This document shows, piece after piece, positions 56,449-58,468 of a DNA stretch of 58,468 bases. Numbering within the stretch: the first letter of the stretch is position 1; every line of letters begins with the position of its first letter. A program made the position numbers and the translations under genes. Source of the DNA: a virus (Duplodnaviria; Caudoviricetes); the IMG/VR virus record IMGVR_UViG_3300020228_000001, positions 1-58,468 of that record. One strand, 5' to 3'. The notes below the pieces were generated by a model. That model did not search any database, had not been told where the DNA came from, and saw nothing but the letters and a program-made list of their open reading frames with translations.

Positions 56449-57015
56449 CTAAGAAATTAAGCTCTGTCTGCTGTTGAATTTCTGCATGAACTTGCCCTTG
56501 ATACCGATGTGGTAAGTCACTTCTTCCCATGGCAATGACTGAGACCTTATCGGATTGATCCGCCTGCATTCTCGCTTGCAGTCGGGGCATTCCTTCGTGT
56601 CTGGCAGCTTTCCACAGGTGTCGCACTTCCAGGACGGAGCCGCACCACAGTTGGGACAGACCTCCGGCTTCTCGTACGACTGGACGACACAACCACACGC
56701 CAGACAAGCATAGCTCAGCTTGTAGACCGTGGCTTCCTTGAAAATGACCAGCTCTTCTCCTGGATGCACATCTACCAGCATGGCCGGGGCAGAGACGGGA
56801 ACACCGATCTCACCACAAGCTCGCGTCTTTCTGGCCAGGTCTGTGGTGATAGGCAGCCACCCTGCCCCTTTTAGGCCGTCTGGTGTGTGGGTGCCCCACG
56901 GCTTGATCTGGCCGGTTTCAAGATCAAACTCCTGCTCCATCCTGCCGTCTAAGTATTCTCTCCACCAGAAGAAGGAGATGGCAACTTTCCAGGTGCTTGG
57001 CGCTATTTGGGGCAT
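56449..57015 (-). CDS. Multi-zinc-ribbon protein
   Basis: Four CxxC pairs; likely start MPQIAP. Confidence 0.55.
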   Translation of the reverse strand: MPQIAPSTWKVAISFFWWREYLDGRMEQEFDLETGQIKPWGTHTPDGLKGAGWLPITTDLARKTRACGEIGVPVSAPAMLVDVHPGEELVIFKEATVYKLSYACLACGCVVQSYEKPEVCPNCGAAPSWKCDTCGKLPDTKECPDCKRECRRINPIRSQSLPWEEVTYHIGIKGKFMQKFNSRQSLIS

Positions 57016-57133
57016 CGCTTTTGCCAGCCACCCGGCACTTCTTTCCAGCCGTTGGCTTTTAGCCATGCACGATCTTCTGTTAGCATCGCAGGATGGGGGT
57101 CATTGCCTGCGGGTTGTCCCTCATACAAGGCAT

Positions 57134-57724
57134 TCATATTTCTTGCCACCTGACCCCGGTTTGCAGTTCGTCCATTTCGCCAAACGCGCTGTCGTCTTCG
57201 ATTACGAGCTGGTGACACACCAGTTTGGTAACTTTCAGGGCACTCGCTGGCGTGTAGACAGTAGTGTCGAACACCAGGGGGCTCGTGGTCTTGTAATCGT
57301 CCAGATCTTCACAAGTTCCGCCTGCAAAGAATGGTATGCCGTGCACTGGATCGAGGATGTCATAGCCATACGATCCAGCGACGCCAGTTGGGGCGAAATA
57401 GCTCGCCACAGGACACCCTGCCTCTCCGGTCGCGGGTATAGCCACCTGGACCATGCCAGAACCTAAGCCCCAGTCGGCCTTGATCGTGCCGGGCCCGAAG
57501 TACCTGAAGTTGGTAAGCTGGCTATAGGTGCCGCCAGTGATCTCTGCGCCGGTGAACATCCACATCGAGCGGTACGTCTCCCCGCTGGGAGGAACATTGT
57601 TTGGGTATGATAGACCAGGATCTCTCGTGCTAGGGAGCTGGGTATTATACCTCTGGGTCGTCAGGGTTGTTTTGGTCCCCGGCGCCGCCCCATAATATCC
57701 TACAATGGTAACAGTAGCTGCCAT
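57134..57724 (-). CDS. Putative structural protein
   Basis: 196 aa, Thr/Gly-rich, in the late operon. Confidence 0.55.
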   Translation of the reverse strand: MAATVTIVGYYGAAPGTKTTLTTQRYNTQLPSTRDPGLSYPNNVPPSGETYRSMWMFTGAEITGGTYSQLTNFRYFGPGTIKADWGLGSGMVQVAIPATGEAGCPVASYFAPTGVAGSYGYDILDPVHGIPFFAGGTCEDLDDYKTTSPLVFDTTVYTPASALKVTKLVCHQLVIEDDSAFGEMDELQTGVRWQEI

Positions 57725-57727
57725 AAA

Positions 57728-58093
57728 TCAAATCTCCTCAAGAAGTTTGTCTGCGATTTGGGTCTCAAGTTCGTCCAGAATCTTTTCACCGGGGCCGTCT
57801 GCGACAGGCCCGAAAACAGGACGCGGCGGGATGAGCTTCGTTCCATGCTCGTTCCAAAAAACGTATTCCCCTATCTTGGGGTCAAAAACCCCGATCTCGA
57901 CGCCCTCTGGATCGGCCCGGACCTCGATGCTCTCCCGGTAGGCCCAGGTATCCCGGAGGGTCAGGCCATGACCCTTCTTCTGGATGGTCCGGGGCGCGTT
58001 GGGCGGAGGCACGCCAGAATCTATGCGGGCCTCGATGGCCACCTTGTATTTCTGCCCGGCTGCCTCCAGCTCGGGCGTGAAATTATAAGGCAA
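57728..58093 (-). CDS. Neck/tail-completion protein (Mu gpG-like)
   Basis: PPNAPRTI.KKG...L.DT...SI ... EHGT..IPPRP motifs. Confidence 0.7.
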   Translation of the reverse strand: MPYNFTPELEAAGQKYKVAIEARIDSGVPPPNAPRTIQKKGHGLTLRDTWAYRESIEVRADPEGVEIGVFDPKIGEYVFWNEHGTKLIPPRPVFGPVADGPGEKILDELETQIADKLLEEI

Positions 58094-58099
58094 GGAAGA

Positions 58100-58468
58100 T
58101 CACCAGACCGGGCCGATGAGCTGAGCGCCGCGAGATGCGGGTGGAATATAGGTTACTTCAGCGTATATTTGGGTACAGTACGCGGTTGCATAATGGTATA
58201 CTGTATTAAAAGGCGGGTCTGTATACCAATCCCCGTACATGCTTATCCCGATTTCAAGTGCGTTTAATTCATCCCATGTCCAAGCATTTCCTGTCCATGG
58301 ATTCGTTATCCATTCGTATGATTTTAGGACATACGATGTGGATAACGTGTTGTTTGTACCATACTTCACGACTTGTCCATCGGTATATAATGCCATTTTG
58401 GCATATCCATGATAGTATACACCGTCTTCTACGCAATACACCTCTACGTCTTTGCACCATGCCAACAC
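58100..58468 (-). CDS. 3' part of the origin-spanning gene (Tyr/Trp/Thr-rich, WITNPWTGNAWTWDELNALEIG)
   Basis: In frame with 307-128 once the contig is circularised. Confidence 0.75.
   Translation of the reverse strand: MLAWCKDVEVYCVEDGVYYHGYAKMALYTDGQVVKYGTNNTLSTSYVLKSYEWITNPWTGNAWTWDELNALEIGISMYGDWYTDPPFNTVYHYATAYCTQIYAEVTYIPPASRGAQLIGPVW
58342..58468. repeat. Terminal direct repeat (circular assembly overlap), copy 2
   Basis: Identical to 1-127. Confidence 0.97.

Larger units (their letters stand above)
1..58468. mobile_element. Complete temperate archaeal tailed virus (myovirus-like Caudoviricetes)
   Basis: Full head, contractile tail/baseplate, terminase, replication and integrase modules; circular; archaeal TATA/leaderless promoters. 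Confidence 0.9.

Noticed and set aside
58100-58468. Diversity-generating retroelement target
   Set aside because: No reverse transcriptase and no template/variable repeat pair recognised in the genome

Overview
This window is an apparently complete, circularly assembled genome (~58.3 kb; positions 1-127 are repeated exactly at 58342-58468) of a temperate, contractile-tailed virus (Caudoviricetes, myovirus-like). The host is most likely a methanogenic archaeon; a Methanothrix-like host is inferred only from archaeal TATA/leaderless promoters, the archaeal-type integrase and a secreted TPR gene. Nearly all genes lie on the minus strand: packaging and head genes (terminase, portal, minor capsid, XkdF-like protease, major capsid), tail and baseplate genes, a replication module with a radical-SAM domain fused to a primase-polymerase/SF3 helicase, a DNA methyltransferase and many small early genes. 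An integrase/switch region lies on the plus strand. The most striking element is a self-contained cassette inserted among the tail genes (~44010-45385). It holds a divergent RHH regulator, a stand-alone Cas7/RAMP-like gene, a DUF559/Vsr-like nuclease gene and two non-coding arrays of strictly 5-nt-periodic NN-GGY units split by a hairpin. This looks like an RNA-guided, non-CRISPR (VIPR-like) system with a non-contiguous guide code. All protein calls come from motif recognition by eye; no database searches were run.
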